A DNA stretch of 62,570 nt, counting the filler, from a bacterium (GTDB lineage Bacteria > UBP15 > UBA6099 > JAJRTR01): NCBI GenBank assembly GCA_024278215.1. It is 7 parts of 7 records of this genome, joined end to end, with 100 filler letters (N's around TTAATTAATTAA, not from the genome) between each part and the next. Parts side by side here need not be neighbours in the genome. Positions count along the whole stretch, not along the records: positions 49,408 to 54,473 come from JAJRTR010000004.1; positions 54,574 to 58,877 come from JAJRTR010000101.1; positions 58,978 to 62,570 come from JAJRTR010000102.1; 4 more parts are not named here. One strand, given 5' to 3'. Under the pieces are notes generated by a model. That model had not been told where the DNA came from, did no database searches, and was given only the letters and a program-made list of their open reading frames with translations. A program made the translations under genes and the position numbers. This document shows positions 50,606 to 59,775 of this stretch, piece by piece (position 1 is the first letter of the stretch; every line of letters starts with the position of its first letter).

Positions 50606-52756
50606 ATGGGAATCGACGGATATGAAATAAGGTTGCAGGGGTTGCCGCTCCCTATCATTATCGCGCTTGCCGCGGTAGCTGTTTTCATAGTTATCAGATA
50701 TTACCGATTCCTTAAGGATGTAGGATTTCCGAACCCGGCGGCGCCACTGCTGCTCAGGGCTGTTGCATTCACACTTCTTTTTCTCCTTGCCGCCGGTCCC
50801 ACTATCTACTATGAAAGGAAAGTGCCGGAGGCGCGCAGGCTTGCCGTAATCATCGACACATCACAGAGTATGATGATAGGCGACAGCAGGGGAGTAACCC
50901 GAAAACAGAAAGCATTGCAGGCCTTAAGAGCGATAAGCAAAGCATGGGGCGTCGTGCCCGAACTTTTCACTTTCGATGAGGAACTGGTCAGGAGGGCTTC
51001 CATCGAGGAAATTGAAGGTATTAAGCCCGGAGGCCGGGAAACTCATCTTATTCGTGCTCTGAAAAACATTCCGTCCACCGGTGAAAACCGGATCAGCGAC
51101 GCGATTGTAATTACAGACGGAAACGACACTTCAGGTCTGTCGATATCGACGCAGAGCGCTGCGCGGGTACATGTGCTGGGTGCGGGGGATGCCGCGCCGC
51201 GACCGAATGCAGGACTCTACAGGCTGGAAGCGCCTGAATATGGTTTCGTCGGGTCGCCGGTTGTCGTGCAGGGTGACATTTACGCATCAGACATGCCGGG
51301 GGGAACGGTTATCGGGATCGAACTTTTCGAGGACGGCATAAGGGTCGGCCAGGAAACCCTCGAGTCCGGCGTAGAACCCGGATCACGACAACGGTTTTCT
51401 ATATCTTACGAACCACGGACGCCGGGATACCGTTCGCTGGAAGTCCGACTGAAAACCAGTACCGGGGACGTGATTTTACAGGACAATAAGCGGACACTCT
51501 TCATAGACATAATCAGCGGCAGGAGGTCAATATTGCTGGTAGACGCGCCGGGCTGGGAGTTCAGGTTTCTGCGCGAATATCTTGAAAGCATCGAGAAGCT
51601 GTCTGTAGATGTGATACTCACCGGGCCGAACGGGAAAACATTCGAGGGCCGGAAACTGCGCGAGAATCTTTCGAACTCCCGCACACTCGGAAAATACAGG
51701 CTTATCATCGTCGGGCAGGCCGCGAAATTTCTTACGCCGCCGGAGACACGCGCTATTGCACAATATGTGTCGGACGGGGGCCGCATCGTGTCGCTCGGAG
51801 GCAGGAACGCATTACCGTGCACAGACAATTCACTCGGCAAATCGCTGGGATTCACTTCCGAAAAACCCGGTGGAGACCGGGTTGGTTTCGAGCCGACTCT
51901 CACCGACACAGGAGCCAACAGTTTACCCCTGCGATTCGCTCCCGACCGGGAAGCCAACAACCGCATCTGGAAGAATCTGCCGCTTATACAGACAATCTGC
52001 ATGACGTCGCCCGGAAAAGACGCCGTCGTGCTCGCTGTGCATCCATGGATGAAGTGCGGCGGCAGTTTGTGCCCGGCTGTTTTTACGAAAACTATCGGGC
52101 GCGGGCAGGCATTCGTTGTAACTTTCGAAGGACTATGGCGATGGCGTTTTCGCCGAAAAGATTCGGAGCATTATGCAACACTATGGGCCGGTGTCCTTAC
52201 CGAAATGCTGGAAACGGAGAATCGAAAGCCTGTTCGGATCAGCCTTAAGTCGGACAGCATAATTCTCGGCGGCGAGGCGGCCGTCACGGTGAATGTCGAA
52301 CCCGGCCTGCCTGGCGAAAACACCGCCCCGTCGCTCGAAATAAACGGTCCACAAAAGGATTCACACTTTGTACTCGATATGAAAAATGCAAATAATAAAG
52401 AACGTCTGTTCTTCAATGCCATTTATACGCCCGAAAAGGTGGGCTTGTACAATATCAAAGCTGTAGTGGGAAAAAAGGAATCCGAAACACTCAACTTCTA
52501 TGTATATGCGTCACCCGTGGAATTCGTATCAGTCGCACAGAATGAAAAGCTGAACCGTGAGGTCGCGGAAAAACAAGGTGGCTGGTATTACCCCGTCGAA
52601 CAGGCGAACGACCTTATAAAAAAACTTGCGAAAAACATCAACTACAGAGTCGAGCGTGACAAGTTTACTCCATGGTCGTCGCCGTACATTCTATTGCTGA
52701 TAATACTGCTGCTGACCGCCGAATGGATTTTCCGCCGCAGGGGCGGCCTCACTTGA
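50606..52756 (+). CDS. Membrane protein with vWA, Ig-like and GATase-like domains
   Basis: IIDTSQSM, ITDG, WRWR, C-terminal EWIFRRRGGL. Confidence 0.85.
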   Translation: MGIDGYEIRLQGLPLPIIIALAAVAVFIVIRYYRFLKDVGFPNPAAPLLLRAVAFTLLFLLAAGPTIYYERKVPEARRLAVIIDTSQSMMIGDSRGVTRKQKALQALRAISKAWGVVPELFTFDEELVRRASIEEIEGIKPGGRETHLIRALKNIPSTGENRISDAIVITDGNDTSGLSISTQSAARVHVLGAGDAAPRPNAGLYRLEAPEYGFVGSPVVVQGDIYASDMPGGTVIGIELFEDGIRVGQETLESGVEPGSRQRFSISYEPRTPGYRSLEVRLKTSTGDVILQDNKRTLFIDIISGRRSILLVDAPGWEFRFLREYLESIEKLSVDVILTGPNGKTFEGRKLRENLSNSRTLGKYRLIIVGQAAKFLTPPETRAIAQYVSDGGRIVSLGGRNALPCTDNSLGKSLGFTSEKPGGDRVGFEPTLTDTGANSLPLRFAPDREANNRIWKNLPLIQTICMTSPGKDAVVLAVHPWMKCGGSLCPAVFTKTIGRGQAFVVTFEGLWRWRFRRKDSEHYATLWAGVLTEMLETENRKPVRISLKSDSIILGGEAAVTVNVEPGLPGENTAPSLEINGPQKDSHFVLDMKNANNKERLFFNAIYTPEKVGLYNIKAVVGKKESETLNFYVYASPVEFVSVAQNEKLNREVAEKQGGWYYPVEQANDLIKKLAKNINYRVERDKFTPWSSPYILLLIILLLTAEWIFRRRGGLT

Positions 52757-52780
52757 AATTCATGGATTGTGGCAAAATCT

Positions 52781-52811
52781 CCTGACCCGGACGATCCGGA
52801 ACCGAAAAGAT
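52781..52811 (+). repeat. Short hairpin repeat (second copy inverted at 44291-44318)
   Basis: CCTGACCCGGACGATCCGGAACCGAAAAGA versus CCTGACCCGGCGTAGCCGGAACTAAAGA. Confidence 0.55.
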
Positions 52812-52818
52812 TTTATCC

Positions 52819-52998
52819 GAGCCGCTTGCAAAAGTATGTTCGTAGCGCGAGGCCGAACGAAATTGATCGGAGCAAGGCGGAGGTGCAAAATCCCCGCAGG
52901 CGTACTCGCCGAGTACGTTGAGGATGATTTTGTGCCGACAACGCAGCTATGGACAATTGCAGTCGATCACAGCCGAATCGGAATTGTGTAATTGGCTC
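52819..52998 (+). mobile_element. Full-length MITE copy (180 bp, diverged)
   Basis: GAGCCGCTTGCAAAAGT...AATTGTGTAATTGGCTC; flanks TATCC/TATCT. Confidence 0.9.
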
Positions 52999-54386
52999 TA
53001 TCTATTATCAATATTGACATTGTATTTTTTCAGCAACCTGTAGAAGCTGCCGCGGTCCATGCCGCTGATGCGCGCGGCGGCTCTCACGTTCCCTTTGCAT
53101 TTATCCAGCAAAGTATGCAGGTAATCGAGGGTGAACTGCTCGATCATATTTCTTTTAGCTTCTCTGTATGTAATGGTAACGAGTTCTTCAATATCTTCCG
53201 TTTTATTGCGCTCGATCTTTTCCTTCAGCGGTTTCGGCACGTCGCGCATTCTTATCATCGTGCCGTCGCAGAAGGTGATTATGCTCTCCATCACATTTTC
53301 CAATTCGCGCACATTTCCAGGCCATTCGTAGTTTGAGAAAAGGTTTAAAACATCTTCAGCAATTAACTCTACATTTTTGCCGAGTTTGTCGTTGAACTTG
53401 CCGATAAAATGATCTACAAGCGGCGGGATGTCTTCAAGTCTTTCGACCAGCGGCGGCACATTTACAGTGATTACGTTCAGCCTGTAGAAAAGGTCTTTCC
53501 TGAACCTGCCTTCGGCCACAGCTTTCTCAAGGTTCCTGTTAGTCGCGGCCAGTACGCGGACATTGACGTGCCTGTGAATGCTTTCGCCGACACGCGTGAA
53601 TTCGCTTTCCTGTAGGATGCGAAGCAGGCGTGTCTGAAGATGTGGGCTGAACTCACCGATCTCGTCGAGGAAAATTGTGCCGCCGTCGGCTTCCTCGAAA
53701 TAGCCGCGTTTGTCGCGGTGCGCACCGGTGAAAGAGCCGCGGGCGTGGCCGAAGAGTTCGCTCTCGAGCAAGCTTTCGGTCAGGGAGGCGCAGTCGACGG
53801 TAATAAAAGGTTTTTCCTTCAGGCGACCGTTGAAATGGATGCCTTTGGCGATGAGTTCTTTTCCGGTACCGCTCTGGCCGGTGATGAGAACTGTGCTGCG
53901 TGTGTCCTTGACCTTGTCCATTATCCGGTACACTTCCTGCATCGCGTCGCCCGAGCCGATAATGTTCCTGAAATCGAACTGTCGTTTTATTTGATTTTTC
54001 AGTGCCGCATTCTCTTCCAGCAGCCTGTTATACTCGATGGCGCGATTGAGCACAACATCGACTTCGTCCAGATTGAAAGGTTTTGCAATGTAATCGAAAG
54101 CGCCTTTGCGCATCGCCTCGACCGCCGATTCGATACTGCTGTGGCCTGTGAAAACGATAACCGGAATGCCGGGATACTTTTCCCTGACTGATTCAAGCAG
54201 CGCCATTCCGTCCATGCCCGGCATGACATAATCCGTTACGACAATATCAGCGCCGCACTCGGCAAGCGCCAGCAGTGCGTTCTCGCCCGAACTGGCGACA
54301 TCCACCTCGTACCCTATGCTCTCGAGTCCCTTCGAGAAGCTGTCGAGAATTCGTGCTTCATCGTCAACTAATAAAATTCTTGTCAT
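52998..54386 (-). CDS. NtrC-family sigma54-dependent response regulator
   Basis: REC domain (LLVDDE, TDYVMP, AKPF), GQSGTGKE, GSFTGA, WPGNVREL, HTH. Confidence 0.95.
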   Translation of the reverse strand: MTRILLVDDEARILDSFSKGLESIGYEVDVASSGENALLALAECGADIVVTDYVMPGMDGMALLESVREKYPGIPVIVFTGHSSIESAVEAMRKGAFDYIAKPFNLDEVDVVLNRAIEYNRLLEENAALKNQIKRQFDFRNIIGSGDAMQEVYRIMDKVKDTRSTVLITGQSGTGKELIAKGIHFNGRLKEKPFITVDCASLTESLLESELFGHARGSFTGAHRDKRGYFEEADGGTIFLDEIGEFSPHLQTRLLRILQESEFTRVGESIHRHVNVRVLAATNRNLEKAVAEGRFRKDLFYRLNVITVNVPPLVERLEDIPPLVDHFIGKFNDKLGKNVELIAEDVLNLFSNYEWPGNVRELENVMESIITFCDGTMIRMRDVPKPLKEKIERNKTEDIEELVTITYREAKRNMIEQFTLDYLHTLLDKCKGNVRAAARISGMDRGSFYRLLKKYNVNIDNR

Positions 54387-54400
54387 TTATTATGCCTCTT

Positions 54401-54473
54401 GAGCCGATCGCAAAATCCTGATTCTGCTGCGGTCGGCTGCTATTGTCCATAGCTGTGTTGTCGGCGCGAAATC
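54401..54473 (-). mobile_element. MITE copy (truncated by gap)
   Basis: GAGCCGATCGCAAAATCCTGATTCTGCTGCGGTCGGCTGC... Confidence 0.88.
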
Positions 54474-54573
54474 NNNNNNNNNNNNNNNNNNNNNNNNNNN
54501 NNNNNNNNNNNNNNNNNTTAATTAATTAANNNNNNNNNNNNNNNNNNNNNNNNNNNNNNNNNNNNNNNNNNNN

Positions 54574-54962
54574 CGTCAGAAATGGTCACACGAAAGATTC
54601 CTGGTAGAGTTGCTCGAAAGCGAACAGGCCGAACGCATCGCCGCAGCCACAAAACGGCGCATCACACAAGCAAAACTCGGCCCCCATCGAAAAGAACTCG
54701 ACACATTCGACTTCGCCGCAAGCGACGTCGACGAAGCACAGATACGCACGCTATGCGAAGGCACACCCCTGGGCGACGAAGCGAGCAACCTGATATTCGT
54801 AGGCGGCAGCGGCACCGGCAAAAGCCACATCGCCGCCGCCATCACCCTGGCGCACGCGGATAGCCACCGCCATTACATACTATATTCTACGACATTACCC
54901 GTCCCAACAGGGGGGTCAATTTTCAACGCCGTTTGGGGGTCAAAATTCGCCGCCGCTGGACA
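54574..54962 (+). mobile_element. istB: IS21-family remnant: deleted istB plus right end
   Basis: HERFLVELLESE...KELDTFDF...GGSGTGKSH, then loss of homology; tandem GGGGGTCAAWWTT repeats ending ...GGACA. Confidence 0.85.
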
Positions 54963-55043
54963 CACGGCACACGATCTACGGTTTGAGCACGGTACACATG
55001 GTTTATCTCAACCCCGGAGTAAACTCCGAGGAATTCTTTTCGA

Positions 55044-56993
55044 TTAAAACTTGCTGCGTTCCGATTGCGGTGTATCTGTGCTTTTTACTGGTTCATTTTC
55101 TGTTTCAGAGCCTGTATCTGTCGCGCCTTCAGATTCACCTTCAGGAGTTTCCACTGCTCCTTTATCTTCTGTCGCGTCTCCCGCGGATTCATCTCCAGAT
55201 GTTTCCTGTCCGGAATCCTGTTCAGGGTAATAATCATCTTCGGCATTAAGTTCGTCTATCAATTCATTTGCATCATCGAGCGCCTTCTTCGCTTCTTCGG
55301 ATTCGGCGCTGAACTTTTCGAGTCCCTCTTTCACCTTGTTGAGATAGTCGACATTTCCGGCGGAGAAATCAATTGCATTCTTGTAGTTCTCAATCGCTAC
55401 TTCTTTCTTATCGAGTTTTGCGGCAACTTCCGCGGCGGCGATATAAAGCAGCGCGTCGAAACGATAAACATTTTCCGATTCGGATTTTTCAATGGCTTTC
55501 TGATACATCTCAAGCGCTTCGGGAAGGTACTTGTTCGGGTCTTCCTCGATAGCGCCGGCACTCTTTGCATCTGCGGCGGATTCTGTCGCCGTCGCGCCCG
55601 CGTTGTCAAGCTCGAAATCCAGCTTCTCAGCGCCGGTCGCTGCGGTGTCCGCTTCAGACATCGCTTCGGCGTAGGGATCTTCTTCCTTATTATCTTTGAG
55701 GCTCGCCATCAATTTGTCATACTGGGCCTTACGATTCTTCATCTCGTAGATTTTACCCATCTCGTAGTAAAGATACTGATTGTCCTCATCCACGGCAATA
55801 GCATCCTGGTAGAGTTTCATGGCCTTATCGTAATCTATATCAGGCGAAGCCGACTTATCGAGCATGGCTTTATTTAAATATCTGTATGCCTTGAGTTCGG
55901 GGTTTACTATTTCTATTTTATGAGCGCCCTTCTTCCTTTCTCTCTGTAGCCATTCGCTTGCGAGAGTATTCTTATCTTTGTAACGAATGAGGATGTGCCG
56001 GGTGTTTATCTGTTCATATTCATTCTTTATTTCCTCGGGAGTCGGGTTATAAGTTTCATCGCCTTTACGCTCCTGGATTTTGTCGATAATTTTCGGCTCT
56101 TCGGCGTCGAACTCCGGGCCTGATGCTTCTTTCTTGTCGATCAGTTGTATAATATGGAAACCGAATTCAGTTTCAACCGGCTGGCTGATCTCGCCGCGCT
56201 TCAGTGCAAAAGCGGCCTTTTCGAAGGCTGGTGTGAGAGTTCCTCTCCTGGTCCAGCCAAGTTGACCGCCGTTATCTTTTGTCGACTCGTCATCCGAGAA
56301 TTCTTTTGCGACATTTTCGAAAGGTTCACCGGTTTTAAGTTTTTCGATTACGCCCTTCGCTTTTTCAAGCGCTGCTTTTTTTTCGTCGGCCAGCAACGAC
56401 TCACCAATTTCATTCGACACCTTTTCCTGCAACAGGTCGGTCCGTACCTGTTGTTTGAAAAAATCATAAGTGATACCCTGCCGGCTGATTATGTCTTTGA
56501 ATTGTTTTCTGCGTTCCTGCTCGTTGAAGTAATTTTTTGTTCTTGCGATGATGCCCGCGTCGCCCGGCACAGGAGCAGGCCCTAAATAGCTTTGCTGAAT
56601 AAGTTGTATTCTCTTATTCATTTCGGTACTGCCCACACTGATATGTCTTTTCTTTGCTTCATCAAGCATAATCTGCTGGTTGATAATCATATCGGCAGTT
56701 TGCGACTTGAGAAACATCTGCATCGGATATGTGCTGAACACTTTGCCGCTCATCGATTCGTAACGCTGTTTCAGTTGCAGGAATTTATAGAAGAATTCAT
56801 TGGATTTGACTTCCTTGCCGTCGATTGTAAGCACGACGTTCGGGACGTTGGACCGGGTCCGCTTTTTCCCGATGTTCTTCGATCCTCCGCCGAAAACATC
56901 CATTCCGTAGAGATAGAAGATCGAGACAAAGAAAAGGATTACGAATCCCCAGATAATATAGTGCGTTTTCTTTCTGATTTTAGTTATCAGCAT
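55044..56993 (-). CDS. SurA/PpiD-like peptidyl-prolyl isomerase with TPRs and an acidic tail
   Basis: N-terminal anchor, FENVAKEFSDD, GGQLGW, PVETEFGFHII, RHILI. Start moved to MLITKIRK. Confidence 0.88.
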   Translation of the reverse strand: MLITKIRKKTHYIIWGFVILFFVSIFYLYGMDVFGGGSKNIGKKRTRSNVPNVVLTIDGKEVKSNEFFYKFLQLKQRYESMSGKVFSTYPMQMFLKSQTADMIINQQIMLDEAKKRHISVGSTEMNKRIQLIQQSYLGPAPVPGDAGIIARTKNYFNEQERRKQFKDIISRQGITYDFFKQQVRTDLLQEKVSNEIGESLLADEKKAALEKAKGVIEKLKTGEPFENVAKEFSDDESTKDNGGQLGWTRRGTLTPAFEKAAFALKRGEISQPVETEFGFHIIQLIDKKEASGPEFDAEEPKIIDKIQERKGDETYNPTPEEIKNEYEQINTRHILIRYKDKNTLASEWLQRERKKGAHKIEIVNPELKAYRYLNKAMLDKSASPDIDYDKAMKLYQDAIAVDEDNQYLYYEMGKIYEMKNRKAQYDKLMASLKDNKEEDPYAEAMSEADTAATGAEKLDFELDNAGATATESAADAKSAGAIEEDPNKYLPEALEMYQKAIEKSESENVYRFDALLYIAAAEVAAKLDKKEVAIENYKNAIDFSAGNVDYLNKVKEGLEKFSAESEEAKKALDDANELIDELNAEDDYYPEQDSGQETSGDESAGDATEDKGAVETPEGESEGATDTGSETENEPVKSTDTPQSERSKF

Positions 56994-56997
56994 CGGG

Positions 56998-57888
56998 TCA
57001 TTCCTCCGTGTAGTCCGGTTTTTTCGTAAAGTCTGCAACGCTGAGTTCAGGATTCGCGACGAATTCGCCCCACTTTATCAGCATATAGAAATAGAATTTA
57101 TCTTTTATTTTCATCCTGGTTTCCTGTTTCAGAATGTGTTTTGTCTTCTGGTCGAAATACGTTGTTGTTTTAAATGTAGTGTCCCTTGAATTCCTTTTCT
57201 CACTATATGTAACTTCAAGAATGATCTTTTCCGGCACAAATTGTATCGTGGCTTCCGAGCCTTGTTCAGCTATATGCCTTTCAAGATCGTCGATGAAATA
57301 TTGAATTCTTGTTTTGCTTACGTCAGCAATTCGCTTGTCGCCGTCGTCTACGACAGTGCCGTTGGGGAAGGCCGGCTTGTAAACCCTGAACTGGAATTTG
57401 CCTTTTTCGTTTTTCTCCCTGATAACAACAGTCTTGTTGTGGTAACCTGACTTAGCGTCGAGCCTGAGCCAGTAATCCGTGGACGACATATCCGAAGGGC
57501 CTTTATACATAAGTGTATAAAGGTTTTCGAGCTTTTTCATTCGCGTTTCGGTCATTTTCTTTTTAGCACTTCTGGGTCCCTGCTGGATCAGTACGAAATC
57601 CACGGTGTAGGAAGTAATGTCCGCATAGGCGGCTTTGACTTCGGACATAAGCTGTTCCGGGGTGATCACGGAAACGGCAGGTGTCGCTCTTTGAGAGGCG
57701 GTTGCCGAGCCCGCCGGTACTGCCGAGCCCGCTGCCTTCGCGGGCGCATCCGGTTCCGCGGGTTGCGCTGCCTGCGCAAGAAGCATATTGTTATGACTGC
57801 CCGCACCTGCCGCCATATGATCCATGCCTTCGGCGACGGCGGCGAACGAAATACAAATAGAAACCAGTAGTGTCATCAAATACTTCAT
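56998..57888 (-). CDS. Exported protein, LolA-like fold possible
   Basis: Signal peptide, Ala/Pro linker, C-terminal NPELSVADF. Confidence 0.55.
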   Translation of the reverse strand: MKYLMTLLVSICISFAAVAEGMDHMAAGAGSHNNMLLAQAAQPAEPDAPAKAAGSAVPAGSATASQRATPAVSVITPEQLMSEVKAAYADITSYTVDFVLIQQGPRSAKKKMTETRMKKLENLYTLMYKGPSDMSSTDYWLRLDAKSGYHNKTVVIREKNEKGKFQFRVYKPAFPNGTVVDDGDKRIADVSKTRIQYFIDDLERHIAEQGSEATIQFVPEKIILEVTYSEKRNSRDTTFKTTTYFDQKTKHILKQETRMKIKDKFYFYMLIKWGEFVANPELSVADFTKKPDYTEE

Positions 57889-57924
57889 ATAAGAAACAGG
57901 GCGGTGTGCAAATCGACCCTTAAC

Positions 57925-58877
57925 TTAATCCCAGAGTCTGCCCTGTTGTTGCTCCTTTCCAGGTTCGAGCCCCAGGTGCTCATAAGCGAATTTTGTTGCC
58001 ATTCTTCCTCTGGGTGTTCGCTGTATGAAACCGAGTTTGGCGAGATAGGGTTCGTAAACATCGTTTATCGTATCCTGCTCTTCGCTGACCATAGCTGCAA
58101 GTGTATCCAGCCCGACCGGTCCTCCACCGAACTTATCTATTATAGTCGTTAAAATCAATCGATCCATTCTATCGAGGCCTATCGGGTCGATCTCAAGCAT
58201 CTCGAGCCCTTTTTCGGCGGCTTCGATGGTGATCACACCTTCGCCTCTCACTTGCGCATAATCACGAACACGTTTGAGAAGCCTGTTGGCGACCCTCGGT
58301 GTTCCTCGCGACCTTCCAGCGATCTCTATTGCCGCATTCTCTTTTATTTCTATCTTCAGCACGGAAGCCGCTCTCTCGATAATCGCCATCAACTCTTCCA
58401 CATCATAGAATTCCATCCTGTGCGAGATTCCGAAACGGTCCCGCAGCGGCGACGTAAGCAGCGCGGCGCGTGTGGTGGCGCCGATGAGGGTAAATTTCGG
58501 CAGATCGAGTTTCAGGGATCGGGCGCCCGGCCCCTCGCCTATTATAATATCTATTTTGAAGTCTTCCATGGCAGGGTAAAGAGTTTCCTCGACAACTCTG
58601 TTGAGCCTGTGAACTTCGTCGATGAAGAAAACATCGTTGTCGCGCAGGTTTGTAAGTATCGCGGCCAGGTCACCGGCCCTTTCGATAGCCGGACCGGATG
58701 TTGCCGTGACACCGGCGCCCATTTCGTTTGCGATGATATAGGCAAGAGTGGTTTTGCCGAGCCCCGGCGGCCCGTGGAGCAGGACATGGTCGAGATTCTC
58801 ACCACGCCCGCGAGCCGCTTTGATGGATATATCGAGGTTGTCCTTAACTTTTTTCTGGCCGATATATTCTGAAAACC
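57925..58877 (-). CDS. ruvB: Holliday junction helicase RuvB (5'-partial at gap)
   Basis: [40 protein letters not shown]. Confidence 0.97.
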
Positions 58878-58977
58878 NNNNNNNNNNNNNNNNNNNNNNN
58901 NNNNNNNNNNNNNNNNNNNNNTTAATTAATTAANNNNNNNNNNNNNNNNNNNNNNNNNNNNNNNNNNNNNNNNNNNN

Positions 58978-59115
58978 ACCACTACAAAATTGCTATCTAC
59001 TTCCACTGCGGCGGTCTCAATCTTTATCCGGAAATAGCTCAATGAAAGGAATTATCATGCGCTCGGACTTGCACCACAACATCTTGTGGCTACCCACTCA
59101 AAACCCGGAAGCGCG
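58978..59115 (+). mobile_element. 3' end of an ISL3-family element
   Basis: HYKIAIYFHCGGLNLYPEIAQ* (58980-59045), followed by right-end-like ACCCACTCAAAACCCGGAAGCGCG. Confidence 0.8.
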
Positions 59116-59477
59116 TTTTATTTTATGATTCCCTCTCCACAGCCGCCTACGAAAAAAACGTTATAAAAACCGCCCCGGTTTTTCGGGCCGGAGCCGCAAA
59201 ACATACGTTCTGCATGCACAAGCACGCGTCTATGGCACCGTCGCCAAGGGACCATGTCATCCCTGAACGATCAAGACTCACACAGTTGAATTCTCAGGAA
59301 TTTCATTGAGCGGGATTTCGTTCATGATATGCTGATAACGGTGATGAAGAATATAGAACTATACCGTGCCGAGGTCTGAACATGAAGCACGATAATAAGA
59401 AGAAGAAAAAGCCGGAAAATCAGCGTCGTATTTCCGACGGGATTTTATCTTTATTCTCTTCCGGGAAGGAGTAGGTC

Positions 59478-59621
59478 ATGCCCGATGAACCGCCGGAATG
59501 GGATGAATCACTCGAGTGGGACGAAGAACTGTGCAGTCTGGAACCTGCGGCAGTTTCTCCGCCGGTTGAAAAATTCCGCGAAAGGCAGCTTGTCAAGCGT
59601 CGGCGAGAAAGGGGCCGCTAA
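59478..59621 (+). CDS. Small ORF (47 aa), acidic N-half and basic C-half
   Basis: ATG after GGAAGGAG; MPDEPPEWDESLEWDEEL...KRRRERGR. Confidence 0.4.
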   Translation: MPDEPPEWDESLEWDEELCSLEPAAVSPPVEKFRERQLVKRRRERGR

Positions 59622-59745
59622 AATGGTTCGCATCATCATCAAACACATCACCAGCGTCGGCGATTGGAGAAATACTGGAGTGATAGGTTACGCTTGAATT
59701 GGAAGGTGCTGCTTGTCTTCAGGGGTGCTAAGTCTCTTTGACTCT

Positions 59746-59775
59746 CCTGCAATATCAGAATATTGCAATTGGCTC
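59746..59775 (+). mobile_element. MITE end fragment overlapping the comEC stop codon
   Basis: ATCAGAATATTGCAATTGGCTC|A; the minus strand reads T-GAGCCAATTGCAA. Confidence 0.7.
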
